This document shows positions 54,216 to 64,000 of a stretch of 64,000 nt of DNA, piece after piece; position 1 is the first letter of the stretch, and every line of letters begins with the position of its first letter. A program made the position numbers and the translations under genes. Location of the stretch: assembly GCF_016432865.1 (NCBI RefSeq), contig NC_067400.1, positions 614,730,001-614,794,000 on the forward strand, written 5' to 3'. The notes beneath the pieces were generated by a model. It made no database searches. It had not been told where the DNA came from and saw nothing but the letters and a program-made list of their open reading frames with translations. The stretch is from Antechinus flavipes (Eukaryota).

Positions 54216-57200
54216 CGCCTCCTCTTCCGCCGCCCCCTCGTCCTCAGAAAGCAGCTCCAGCCCGTCGGCATAGTCCGCCCCGACCACCTCACAATCGGGC
54301 AGCATCTCCTCCACCAGGATCTGGGTCAGGCCCTTGTTGGACACGGCCGGGAGGTTGGAGATGTCCAGGCGCCGCAGGCTCCTGGAGGAAGTTTGGGGAG
54401 GGCAGAGGTGGGCACACCGCGTGCCCGGGGGCCCCTGGGGGAAGCCGGGAGACCCGGGGGGGGTGGGCTGAGCTCTTACCGGAGGTGGTGGAGGCAGGCC
54501 AGGCCCCGCTCGGTGACCCTGGGGCAGCCAGCCAGCGAGAGCTCCTGCAGGCAGCTGCCCAGGGGGTGCAGGCAGCTCAGGCACCAGTCATCCACGTGGG
54601 GGCAGCCACACAGCCTCAGAGACCGCAGCCCGCTCAGCCGCACTGGCCGGAGAGGAGGAGGGGCGGATTAGGGCCGGCCTCCGGCCACAGTCAGCTCCCT
54701 CCCCAGCCTGGCCAGCCCCCTCACCCAGGTTCTTCAGCCCATAGTAGTTGATGATGCAGCCGCTGGCGTCCACCTCCTCCAGGGGCAGCTCCTCCAAGAG
54801 AGAGCAGTTCTGAAAGAATCTTTTCTTGTTTTGGGGCAGGATCCACTCCTGGTCCTGGAACCTGAGAGGTCAAAGCAGGCAAGTGTTCCCCCACCGACCG
54901 CAGCTCCCAGCCCCATTACCATGACCCAAAGGGCTCCCAGATCCCACGTCCTGAGCCCCCCATTAGGTGAGATGTTCTCTGGGAAGCACTGCCCCCCCAC
55001 AGCGGCGCCCGGTAAATGCTCAGGCCCCCATCAAACTCAAGCCTCCCTGAACCTCTCCTGGAGTCCCCAGATCCAAGTCGCCCCAAAGAGGACGCCCGGA
55101 TCTCTCCAGCTCTCACCTGACCGCTCCTCCTTGGTTCAGGATAAAGTTAGCCCCCGCCACGTCCGCGCTGTGGTATTTCAAGGTGTAGCTGAACACCCTG
55201 GGTTGAGAACGGGGTTTACTTCAGAGTGGGGAGGGGGAGGAAGGGGACAGCTAGCTCGACCACAGGCTCTAACACGTGATTGCTGAATGGGGGCTCCACT
55301 GCCATCCTCTAGTCCAGAAGTATTGGGGAAAGGTGGATCTTGGGGGGAACGCCCGGGATGGGGACCCCGTTGGAGGCAGCACAGTCTCCCCAAACGGGGA
55401 GGGGGCTCAGCCGTCTCCGGCTGACGGCCTGCGGCTCGGGTTCCTCGATGTGATCGGGCTGAGCGCGCTGCCCTCTCTGAAGAGGAAGGGACTGGACTCG
55501 GGCTCCTAAAGGCTTTTCCATCTCTGACACCCTGGCCCTCAGAAACCTGCACCAAGCACTCACTTGTTCATCTTATACAGGTTCCAGCTCCGGAAACGGG
55601 CAATCCAATCGCGTAACTGTTCCACGTCGTAGAATCGAGAAGCCATGGTGGCCAGCACGCCCCGCGGGCGGTCACGGCCAGGGCTCAGGTCATAGATGGG
55701 GTTAGGGCGGTAGCCAAAGTTACTCTGGTTGCTCAGGCTCCTGAGGGTCCCTCCTCCCGAGCACGTGGGAGGTCCAGCTCTGAGAAGCTACAAAGAAACA
55801 GACAAAAGAAGAGGAAGGGTGTAATGTCCCGGCCAGCTTTCTGGAGGGTCTTCGGACCCGCCCCGCTCTCAGCTGCATAATCCCCACGAGAATAGTCAGG
55901 GATAAAGTCCCAAGTCTTCATGGTCTCCTTCAGTCTCCCAGCCTGTCAGCAGCTCAGTCACCAGCCACTCAGCAGTCTGCACACCCAGATGGAATGGCCT
56001 GCTTTCCAGAGCCCCCGAGTTGGGGTGACAAAGCGTGTCATTGTGTTCTAGAGCCCCCACGCGGGGTGACTAAAATACAGTGTCCACACTGGCTCTCTGG
56101 AGGACCTCGGGACCAGCCCAAGTCCTCGGTCTTCGCGGAGAAGTGATAAAGGCAGAAGAGCCACCATGAGGCTGGTCAAGTCTTCTCCCCATGGCTGTCC
56201 CCAGTTTGCATACTCTATTACAATTCAATCAGTTAATCATACCGAGCATAAGCCAATCGTTGTATCGCTAGGGAACCATTATTTCTTGTAAGATTAAATC
56301 AATCCTACTGAACTAGGAACTAGTCAGCCCCGCACTAAACCAGATAGCCATTGTCTCATCAGTTCCACTGAGTTAGCACCTTGTAAGGATCTCCAGAGTT
56401 CTGGCCCATTACAGAACGGAGAGAGGGAAGGAAGAAAGGAGGGAGAGGGAAGGAGAGAGGGAGGGAGTGGGGAGGAGAAAGGGAGGGAGAGAAGGAAGGA
56501 AAGGGAGGGAAAGAGAGGGAGGAAAGGAGAGGAAGGGAGAGGCATTTAGGAAAGAGGGAGGAAGGGAAGAAGGGAGGAGAGGAGGGAGAGAAAAAAGGGT
56601 GGGAGGGAAAGAGAAAGGGGGAAGGAGGAAAGAGGGAAGGAGGGAGGTGACCCGCAGGCAGGGGGTCCCCCACCTCACTAAGGAACCTCAGATTTTCTGC
56701 TTTTTCCAGAATCACTAAAATTCCCCAATTCTTTTCAATTCCCAGATTTAAGTTTCAAACTATTCCCAGACCCCATATTTAGGACTCCCCAATTTCCCCT
56801 ATCCAATTCAGCTAGCTCCCTTCCCCTGGGCAGCCCCGCCCCTTTCTCAATCAAGCTCCGCCCCGGGTGTGTCCCGCCCTCCTGTCCAGGGGCATCTCCA
56901 GTTCCGCCCCTACACCAGCACTCTCACGCAAGCTCCGCCCCTTGGCTTGCCCACCCCGGTTGCTCCTCCCCTGAAGAGTCAGTCCCAGTTGCCTTGCCAA
57001 CTCGCCCGCCCCAATTTCACCCGGCACCTCAGCACACTTCATTCTCCATTGGCTGCTCGGCCCTCTCTCCTTATCCTCCCATTGGTCCTCAGTCGTGCTC
57101 TTGCCTATTCTTATTGGCCATCCCATCAGGTACCTCTGGCGACAGGCCTGCTGCAAAGGCCGATTTTCCCGGTCCCCCAGTGACCCTGGAGCTCGAACCC

Positions 57201-57372
57201 CGTCCACGTTTCCGCCCCTCTCCCCCCAGGAGCCTCAGTGACTTTCTGAGATCCAGTGCTCCGCCGCGAGTGTGGGAGAGGAAATCTTAGGAAGAGTCTG
57301 GTCCCAGAAGTCGTCTCCCTTCAGCAGAACCCCTGGATCAGCCTGGGAACCTACCGCCCTGGGCGCCGCCAT
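54156..57372 (-). CDS. DMAC2: Distal membrane-arm assembly complex protein 2 (ATP5SL), 6 exons, 282 aa
   Basis: Exons 57372-57355 (MAAPRA), 55787-55564 (..[10 protein letters not shown]..), 55197-55117 (..FILNQGGAV), 54861-54725 ([19 protein letters not shown]), 54642-54480 ([29 protein letters not shown]), 54381-54156 ([21 protein letters not shown]). Total 849 nt. Confidence 0.95.
56405..56645. repeat. Polypurine (GGAA/GGAG) low-complexity tract in DMAC2 intron 1
   Basis: About 240 nt almost devoid of pyrimidines on the + strand. Confidence 0.9.
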
Positions 57373-57620
57373 CTTGGTTCTTTCCTCTGGCCAGAATCTG
57401 CCGGCCTCGCCCTCGCAACTGCTCAATCATTGGCTCTTCCTTCTTGAGATCCCGCCCCCCCATGACATTTACTGGATCCTCCCTCCCTAAATTCAGCCTT
57501 TACGATCTCACTCAGGTTCCCGCCTCTGGGTAATAGACAAGCCACCACCACGCCACTTTAGGCCACTCATTGGTTCCTTCCCTTCTTAGACCCGGCCCCT
57601 TCTTAAAGGCGCCAGAGTTC
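56820..57620. promoter_or_regulatory. DMAC2/ERICH4 divergent promoter region with GC boxes and multiple CCAAT boxes
   Basis: ATTGG at 57048, 57081, 57113, 57429, 57569; ccgccc boxes; YY1 gccgccatctt over the DMAC2 ATG. Confidence 0.65.
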
Positions 57621-57833
57621 CTAATTCTGCATCTTTCCGAGGTCCTGCGCTCTCCTGCCGCCGCCCCCGGTTAGTCCTTCCTGGAGTCTGCCCTCCATCC
57701 CTCCTGCTGCTGGGGGCCGCGGCAGTCAGGGGCCAGCGGGTGCCCCGGCAGCAGGAGGGATTGTGGGAAGGCAGCAGGAGCCCGGGCCGGGCGGACTTTG
57801 GCCCCGTTGTCTGCGTGGCCCCGACAGCTCACG

Positions 57834-58682
57834 ATGGAGGCCTGGGGGCGGCTGGCCAGGGCCGGGCTGGTCCCGCTGGAGCTGGGACCCCCTCCCCGCG
57901 CCCTGCGAGACCCCAGCGGGACCTGGAGCCGTGAAGGGGCCGGAGCCGGGGCGCCCCGGGCGCAGGACCCCGTGGGCTGCGTGTGGGAGCAGTTGGTGAG
58001 ACAGAGAGAGATGGGGAGAGACAGAGATGGGAGAGAGAGACAAAGAGATGGGGAGAGACGGAGAGGTAGAGACAGAGATGGGGAGAGACAAAGAGATGGG
58101 AGAGACAGAGGAATGGGGGGGGGGGGGACAGAGGCCGATGGAGAAAGGGCAGGCGGCGGAAGCCAAGGCCGGAGGGAGCATCCGAGGGAGCATCCGAGGG
58201 AGCCGGGGGACGGCGGGGAGCTGAGCCGAGCCAGATACATGTGCGGCGGGGACCAGCCGGGCAGGGATGGAGGGGACTCTAACCACTGCCCCGCCCCCCA
58301 GTCTTTCTGTCCTAGATTGTCTTCGGGGAGTGACTGTGAGTTCCAAGAGCAGAGACAGCCCTTGGGGGGGACAAACTCCCCAGAGAGAGGGGAGGGGGAG
58401 GCGGAGGCTGAGAGGGAGCGGACGCTGGGTGCCGGGGCTTGCGGGACCGAGGCCGGGAATTGTGACCGCCCCTCCCCCTCTCCCCATCCCCCTCACCAGC
58501 CTTCTCCCCAACAGTGGAGCCTGCGGAGGATGGACCTACAACTGTTCAGTCAGCTGTGTGCCCTGGGCCTGGAGATCCAGGCCCTCCAGGAGGAGGCCGA
58601 GGCCGACTTGGATGAGGAAGAAGAAGGTCTGCGGACCTCCCCGACCGATTGGCTCATCCCAGACTTTGAAATCACTATCTGA
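57834..58682 (+). CDS. ERICH4: Glutamate-rich protein 4 (C19orf69), 2 exons, 109 aa
   Basis: Exons 57834-57995 (MEAWGRLARAGLVPLELGPPPRALR..VWEQL) and 58515-58682 (WSLRRMDLQLFSQLCALGLEI..PDFEITI*). Syntenic position. Confidence 0.9.
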   Translation: MEAWGRLARAGLVPLELGPPPRALRDPSGTWSREGAGAGAPRAQDPVGCVWEQLVRQREMGRDRDGRERQRDGERRRGRDRDGERQRDGRDRGMGGGGTEADGERAGGGSQGRREHPREHPREPGDGGELSRARYMCGGDQPGRDGGDSNHCPAPQSFCPRLSSGSDCEFQEQRQPLGGTNSPERGEGEAEAERERTLGAGACGTEAGNCDRPSPSPHPPHQPSPQQWSLRRMDLQLFSQLCALGLEIQALQEEAEADLDEEEEGLRTSPTDWLIPDFEITI

Positions 58683-58905
58683 GAGCCCAGCGCCGAGGAC
58701 GGCCGCCCCCCAGAGAGCCCCCCAGGGAGCCCCAGATGTAGCAGAGGCTTCCTCCGGGAAGGCTCTTGAACTTTGCCCTGTCGGGGACAGAGGGGCTGCC
58801 GTTTGATCGATGGGAGAATGCGATATCGATAATAATGATGGCGTGGAAATTTTCTAAGGAAAACAGATTTCGGGTTCAGATGTTTGCTTATTGTATGTAG
58901 ATATT

Positions 58906-58911
58906 AATAAA
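58906..58911 (+). terminator. ERICH4 polyA signal AATAAA
   Basis: In an AT-rich patch about 225 nt after the stop. Confidence 0.65.
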
Positions 58912-59402
58912 TGAGTCCCAGATTTTTAAAGATTCAGCTCATAGGATATGGAGCTTAAAGAAACTTTATGCATGATTTAGTCCGCTCCCTCAGTTTACAG
59001 ACAAACAGTCTGCAGAAGTAACTTGGCCAGGATCACCTGAGCTGGGGGTTCTCAGGGACAAGGTGACGCCATCTGCCGCTCTGCCCACTGAGCGCCTAGA
59101 AACCCCCCAGATCCAGCGACAATGTCTGCCCGTGAGCCGCGTCCGGGCAGCAGAGCGAGGGTCCCAGGCGAGGGTGGCAGTTCACGAGGTGGCGACAGCG
59201 AGGTGGGCAGCGGGGTGAGATGGGGACGGATTGTGGCCGGGAACATGGCGACTTTTGTGAGTGTGCGTTCGCCAGCGGGGTCCCGGGGGGGTGAGAAATG
59301 GGGGGGATGAGCCGCGGGACTTCCCCCAGCTCGGAGAGAAGAGGCACCAATGGCTCCACGAAGCTGAAGTCTCCTCTGTCGCCGGGCGGCCTGGGCCCTT
59401 GC

Positions 59403-62400
59403 TCAGGAGCTCCCCCCGAGGGCTTCTGCCTCCCGGAGCCAGACCTTGAGCTGCCGGGCGATCTTCTATCAGGGAGGAAGGGGAGGCCAGACCTGAGTTC
59501 CCAGCCCCCGCCCCCCTGCCTGCCCCTCTGACTTGGGGGGGCGGGGCCTGGGAGGGCCGGTCCCTGCTCACCTGGCGCCCCAGGCGGAGGCTGGGCGGGT
59601 CCGAGGGCCGGGCCGGGGCCATGTCTGAGCAGTGGGACGTGCCCCTCAGGAGCAGGGCCGGCTCGGAGGGCCGCGGGGCCCGGAGCACGCCCAGCACGTG
59701 CCAAGGGTCGATGTCACCTGGCGGCAGAGGGAGATGCTGAGGGGCCGCTTAGGGTGATCCCGGGAGCGAGGGTCTCCGGGGAGCCACGCACCCCTTACCG
59801 TTGACAAAGATCACACGGGTAGCCCCGGGGCTCTGGCCCCCGTAGTAGGTGTTGGTCCGGGCCACGGCTTCGGCCACGGAGGCCGGCGAGAGCCCGAACA
59901 CCCGGGCACACAGCTGGAGCTGGGCGGAGAGCGCGCTGCGCCTGGAGAAGGGGCAGCTGGGGTCCTGACAGGTGATATCTGATGGGGCAGAGGCGGGTCT
60001 CAGAGCCCCCACCAACGCTCACGGGCGGTAGGTTAGGCTCGGAGGTCCCTGCGGGGCACAGGTGGGCCTGTGCAGGGCGGAGACTCAGCCGAGGGGAGTC
60101 GGGACTGGGGCCCGAGCACTGAAGGGATGCTACAGAGGCAAATCTGGCCTGGGCCTGGGGGAGCAGAGCCGGCCAGGAGAGGGCCGAGTGGGGGGCTTGG
60201 GCTCTGGGCTGGAGGGTCTGCAGCGGGGCCCTTGGCGTGCTCCCCGGGGGTGGCCAGGGGCCCGAGCGCAGATGGGGGGCGGGAGCTTCCTGGGCCCGAG
60301 GCGGATGGAGGCGGGATTGGGTCTCGCCTGGACGCCCCGGGCTTCTCGGCCGGAGCAGGAGCGTCACTCACAGTATCCGAACTCTGTGCACGTCTGGTAG
60401 AACCACTGCCTGTCGCCGGGGCCCGTGGCCCGGGGCCTGGTGTCCCTCAGGGCGGCCACGGCAGCCGCCCTCGAGCTGGGCAGGCAGGGGAGGCCCAGGG
60501 CCTGCAGGACAAGCTACGGCAGAGAGATGGCGTCTCAGCGAGGGAGCCGGGGCCCCGAGGTCCAGGGCGGCGGGACCGGCCCTCACCTGGACGGCGTCCC
60601 GGAGCCCCGACAGGGGCCCCCCGCTCCGGTTGGCCAGGATGAGGTGGCAGAGGCCGCTCACGTCCAGGGGCGCTCCGACCTGCCGGTCGTACTGCACGGC
60701 CGCCCCCACCAGCCCCTCCAGCTGCTCCAGGAGCTCGGCCTGGTCCTCGGGGGCCTCCAGGGCTCCACAGGCCCTCACCGCTGCCCGCAGGGCCACCCGG
60801 GCCTCCTGGCCCTCGGACAGGCCACGGTCCAGCTCGGAGAAGGCCCGGGCCACGGCCCTCTGGCACTAGCGGGGGGAACTCGGTCACGACGCCCTCCTCC
60901 CTCCTCCCCGCGCCCGACGCCAGGCCCACCCGCCTTCCCCTCAGCTGCGGACGCCTGGGAACCAGGAGCCCCCAGGCCGGGCAGGACCTCGGGGCTTCCT
61001 GGTCTCCCTGCCCCCAACAGCCCGAAGGGGAGGCTTCGGCCAAAGCCACGCAGGTGATAAAGGGAGTCTGGGAAGCTGAACCCCCAGGTCTGGAGGAGGC
61101 AACGGAGCCCAGGGAAGGGGATCCTGCAGGAGGAGGCCAGAGCCGGGCCTTCCGGGCCCTTACTGAGCCACGGTCCCCTCGCCCTCCCTGGTCAGTCGCT
61201 GCTCCCCGAAGGGAGAGGACGGTGGGGATCAGAAGGGCCTCCCTTTGGGGGGACTGGCTCACCCCGGGGCCCTCCAGGTGTCCCCAGCAGGCTTTCAGCT
61301 CGTTCCCCCCCAGGACCACCCCGCCAGCTCCGGGGTAACCAGTCCCACCCCAAGGCCCCACATCCCCGCGGCCCAGAGAGTACCTTCGGGGATCCACCCA
61401 CTGCGGGGTCCGCCAGGCTCCTGGACACTCCCTGGGGGGGAAGGCAGGACTCCAGATCTGGCCCTCACCCGCCCCAGGCCCAGCGCCCGCTCGCAGGGGG
61501 GTCTCCTTACCCGGTTGTAGCTGGAGAAGTCCAGCTGGGCTTGCACGGGAGCCGAGGAGGCCACGGCTGCCCAGATGAGGTGGGGGAACTAGGAGGGGGA
61601 GACCGGCTCGTGAGGTCCAAGGGGGGCAGTCCTCCCCTCGGGCCTCCAGAGGGGGCCGGCCCGGCTGAGTTCTAGCCTCAGCCCCCGCCTCTCCCTCCCT
61701 TAACCCCCCAACGTGGGCTAGAGGGGGAGGATCCCGAACCTTCAGCCGGGCCCAGGCAGCCAAGGAGCCGGCGTAGGAGCCGCCAAAGCTGACCCAGGGA
61801 CTGGAGGCCGAGATGTTGTAGATCCGAGAGAGATGGACGCGGGCGGAGGCCACGTCGGCCAGGCTGGGGGGGAGGCAGAGGGAGAAGCGGGATGGAGAAG
61901 CGCCGCGGCGCCGCGGACGGCGCTCGGACCAATCTGCAGGCCCGAGGAGGACCGGGGCGCTCCACACCCCGGGGTCCTCCATATCTGGGGGGTCGTCCTC
62001 CACCCCATGGGAGGATCCTCCACACCCCGGGGGGGTGGTTTAGTTTCCTCCTCCATAAATTGAAGAGATTGCACTCCGTGGTCCCCGAGTTCTCCTGCTC
62101 TCAACCTATGACCTTATCATCCCTTGTCCCTGGGAGAAAGAGATGCAAAGAAACCTGGGGAGCTGAGAAGGGCAAATGCCCACCTAGGGGTCCGGCGCTT
62201 GGCGGTCCCTTCTCCCAGCCAGGAGGAAGTCCCAGGTGAATCAGGACTCCTTCGCCGAGGAAGGGGCAGCCCTACCCTGGGAAGGGGCCCCAGCCGGACC
62301 CTCAGAGGGAGGGAGAGACTCCTGGCTCCCCCTCGGCCCCCTCCCACCACCACTCACGCATGCCGGCTGGACAGGAAGCGCAGCTGTTCCAGGCCCAGTC

Positions 62401-63823
62401 CTCCTGGGGGGACGCTGTGGCCGTAAAACCGGTGCTCCAGAGATACCACCAGAGCCCCAAAGGGAGGGGCCAGGGTCCCGGGGTGACCTGAGGGAGGGAG
62501 CTGATGGAAGGGGCCACCCTGGGCTGATGCCCGTCCAGGCCTCTGGCCCAGCAGTTTGGGAGACCCTCCCCAGCCTGAGGGACCCCGGGATGGGGAGCTT
62601 CTCCCTGGTCCCGCAGCTCGAGGCCCCCTCTCCCAGCCTCGTCCCTTCTCAGGGCCCTCGGGCTCCTGTCTGCAGCCTTCCCTACCTTTAAGCACAGAGC
62701 TCGGCCCAAGGCTGCCTTCGCCCCCGATGTGCAGGAACACGGGGCCGTCCGGGGCCCTCCAGTGATCAGCATTCACCCAGTACCTCTGAGCAGGGCGGGA
62801 GGAAGGGAGACCACCACCCTCACTTCTCTGAGCCGCAGATCGCCTTCCTCAGGTCCCCCAGGCAGGAAGAAAGCCCCCAGGCTTACCTCAGGAAACGGGG
62901 ATGGCGCCAACGATGTCACTGATCCACCCTTGCACTAACCCCCCCCCATCACTCCTGATTCAACCACAGCCTCAAGCCCTGACCTCCCCTCTGCTCCTGG
63001 CCCTCGAGCTCCTGCTCCCCGAGGGTGACGGGGAGTCAGGGAACCCCAGCAGGGCCGCCCCCGGCTGCAGAAGGACAAGCCAGCCTGGGACGGCAGCGGG
63101 TCAGACCCTCAGCATATTTTATCCGAGAACAATTTGGGGACGTTCCCGAGTGGGGCTGGGCTACCCAGGATTTGTGCGGGGGGAAAACTTTGGGTGTTGG
63201 AGGTTAGACAGAAAACATGGGGTCCAGCAAGAAAGGTTGGGAGAGATTTCAGGGCCTCGGGCCCAGGATGAGTGTGGAGGGAACTTTTCCTGGGGAAAGG
63301 ATTTGTACCCCAGAATGTATCTGGGTACAGGCCCGGGCTGAGGCGAGGGACCCGGACTGAGGGGATGGGCCTGGGCTAAGGCGAGGGACCCGGACTGAGG
63401 AGACAGGCCCGGGCTGAGGCCACAGGCCTGGTCAGGGAGGGAAGCTGAATTCTGGGAAGGATTGTTCTGAGAGCAGATGAGGAAAGGTCCCTGGGGGGCT
63501 GGGGGACAGAGGCCCGGGGAGCTGACCTGCAGGAAGGAGCGTCGGTCCGAGCTGTTAAAGGGATCCAGGGGCTGCCAGAGCCAGCCCTCCCTCGCCGAAC
63601 TCGGCTCCCCCAGCTCAGCCTGCGCTTCTTGGACGTGCTCCCCAAACCGGCTCAAGAGGGAGCCTGGGAAGGAGCGAGAGGAAAGGCAGAGCTCAGCCTG
63701 GGAGACTCAGGGACCTCCCCCCGCCCCGGTCCTCGGCGAAGGGGGAGACACACCTGCAGCGGAGAGCCCCCAGAGGGACCCCAAGAGGAGCGGAGCCAGC
63801 AGGAGAGCGGCAGCAGGAGCCAT
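59403..63823 (-). CDS. PRSS16: Thymus-specific serine protease (peptidase S28), 12 exons, 498 aa
   Basis: Exons 63823-63754, 63663-63527, 62785-62686, 62487-62358, 61863-61740, 61588-61511, 61431-61384, 60865-60587, 60513-60372, 59978-59799, 59717-59572, 59465-59403; total 1497 nt, all GT-AG. Signal peptide, QPLDPFN..RYWVN, LEHRFYG, catalytic GGSYAG, QTCTEFG, GDIDPWH, SHC. Confidence 0.93.
63325..63425. repeat. About 39-bp tandem duplication (2.5 copies) in PRSS16 intron 2
   Basis: ggccyggGctRaggcgagggacccggactgagg repeated. Confidence 0.75.
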
Positions 63824-63872
63824 GGCTCAGATACCGGAGAGAGGGGACGATCTGGGAGCTCCCCTGAGGGCC

Positions 63873-63895
63873 CTTATAATACCCCCGCCCCCAGT
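63873..63895 (-). promoter_or_regulatory. PRSS16 TATA box with adjacent GC box
   Basis: Minus strand gggcgggggtattataaggg, about 50 nt upstream of the ATG. Confidence 0.6.
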
Positions 63896-64000
63896 CTGGA
63901 CATGCGTCTCTAGGAACAGCCCAAGCTCACCAGGAATGCCCCAAGCCCAGCGGGAGCCTGCCCAGACATCTGCAGCCCCCCCATTCCTTTCTCAGGTTAC

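Overview
Vertebrate genomic DNA, very GC-rich, with four N-gaps. The repeats (CORE-SINEs, RTE, marsupial-type L1 3' UTRs and an ERV LTR) indicate a marsupial, probably a dasyuromorph. It is the block syntenic to human 19q13.2: CCDC97 (last exon, +), TGFB1 (-), B9D2 (-), TMEM91 (+), EXOSC5 (-), BCKDHA (+), B3GNT8 (-), DMAC2/ATP5SL (-), ERICH4 (+). It is followed by a complete 12-exon PRSS16 (-), which in humans lies in the extended MHC on 6p22. I traced coding exons by hand with GT/AG junctions and continuous phase. The only disruption is a 1-nt deficit in BCKDHA exon 6, probably an assembly error. The genes are very compact, but the window carries several tandem arrays: a 77-bp B9D2 intronic minisatellite, a 4.3-kb GATA/GGAT array with ~800-bp higher-order structure, a 15-bp array grown from an RTE, a 21/22-bp array inside a TSD-flanked solo LTR, and a ~334-bp CA-rich array in EXOSC5. 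There are also two local templated-copy events: a satellite flank copied into the LTR 5' end, and an inverted 108-bp copy inserted in an L1. No database searches were run, so orthology calls and human comparisons rest on recalled protein sequences.
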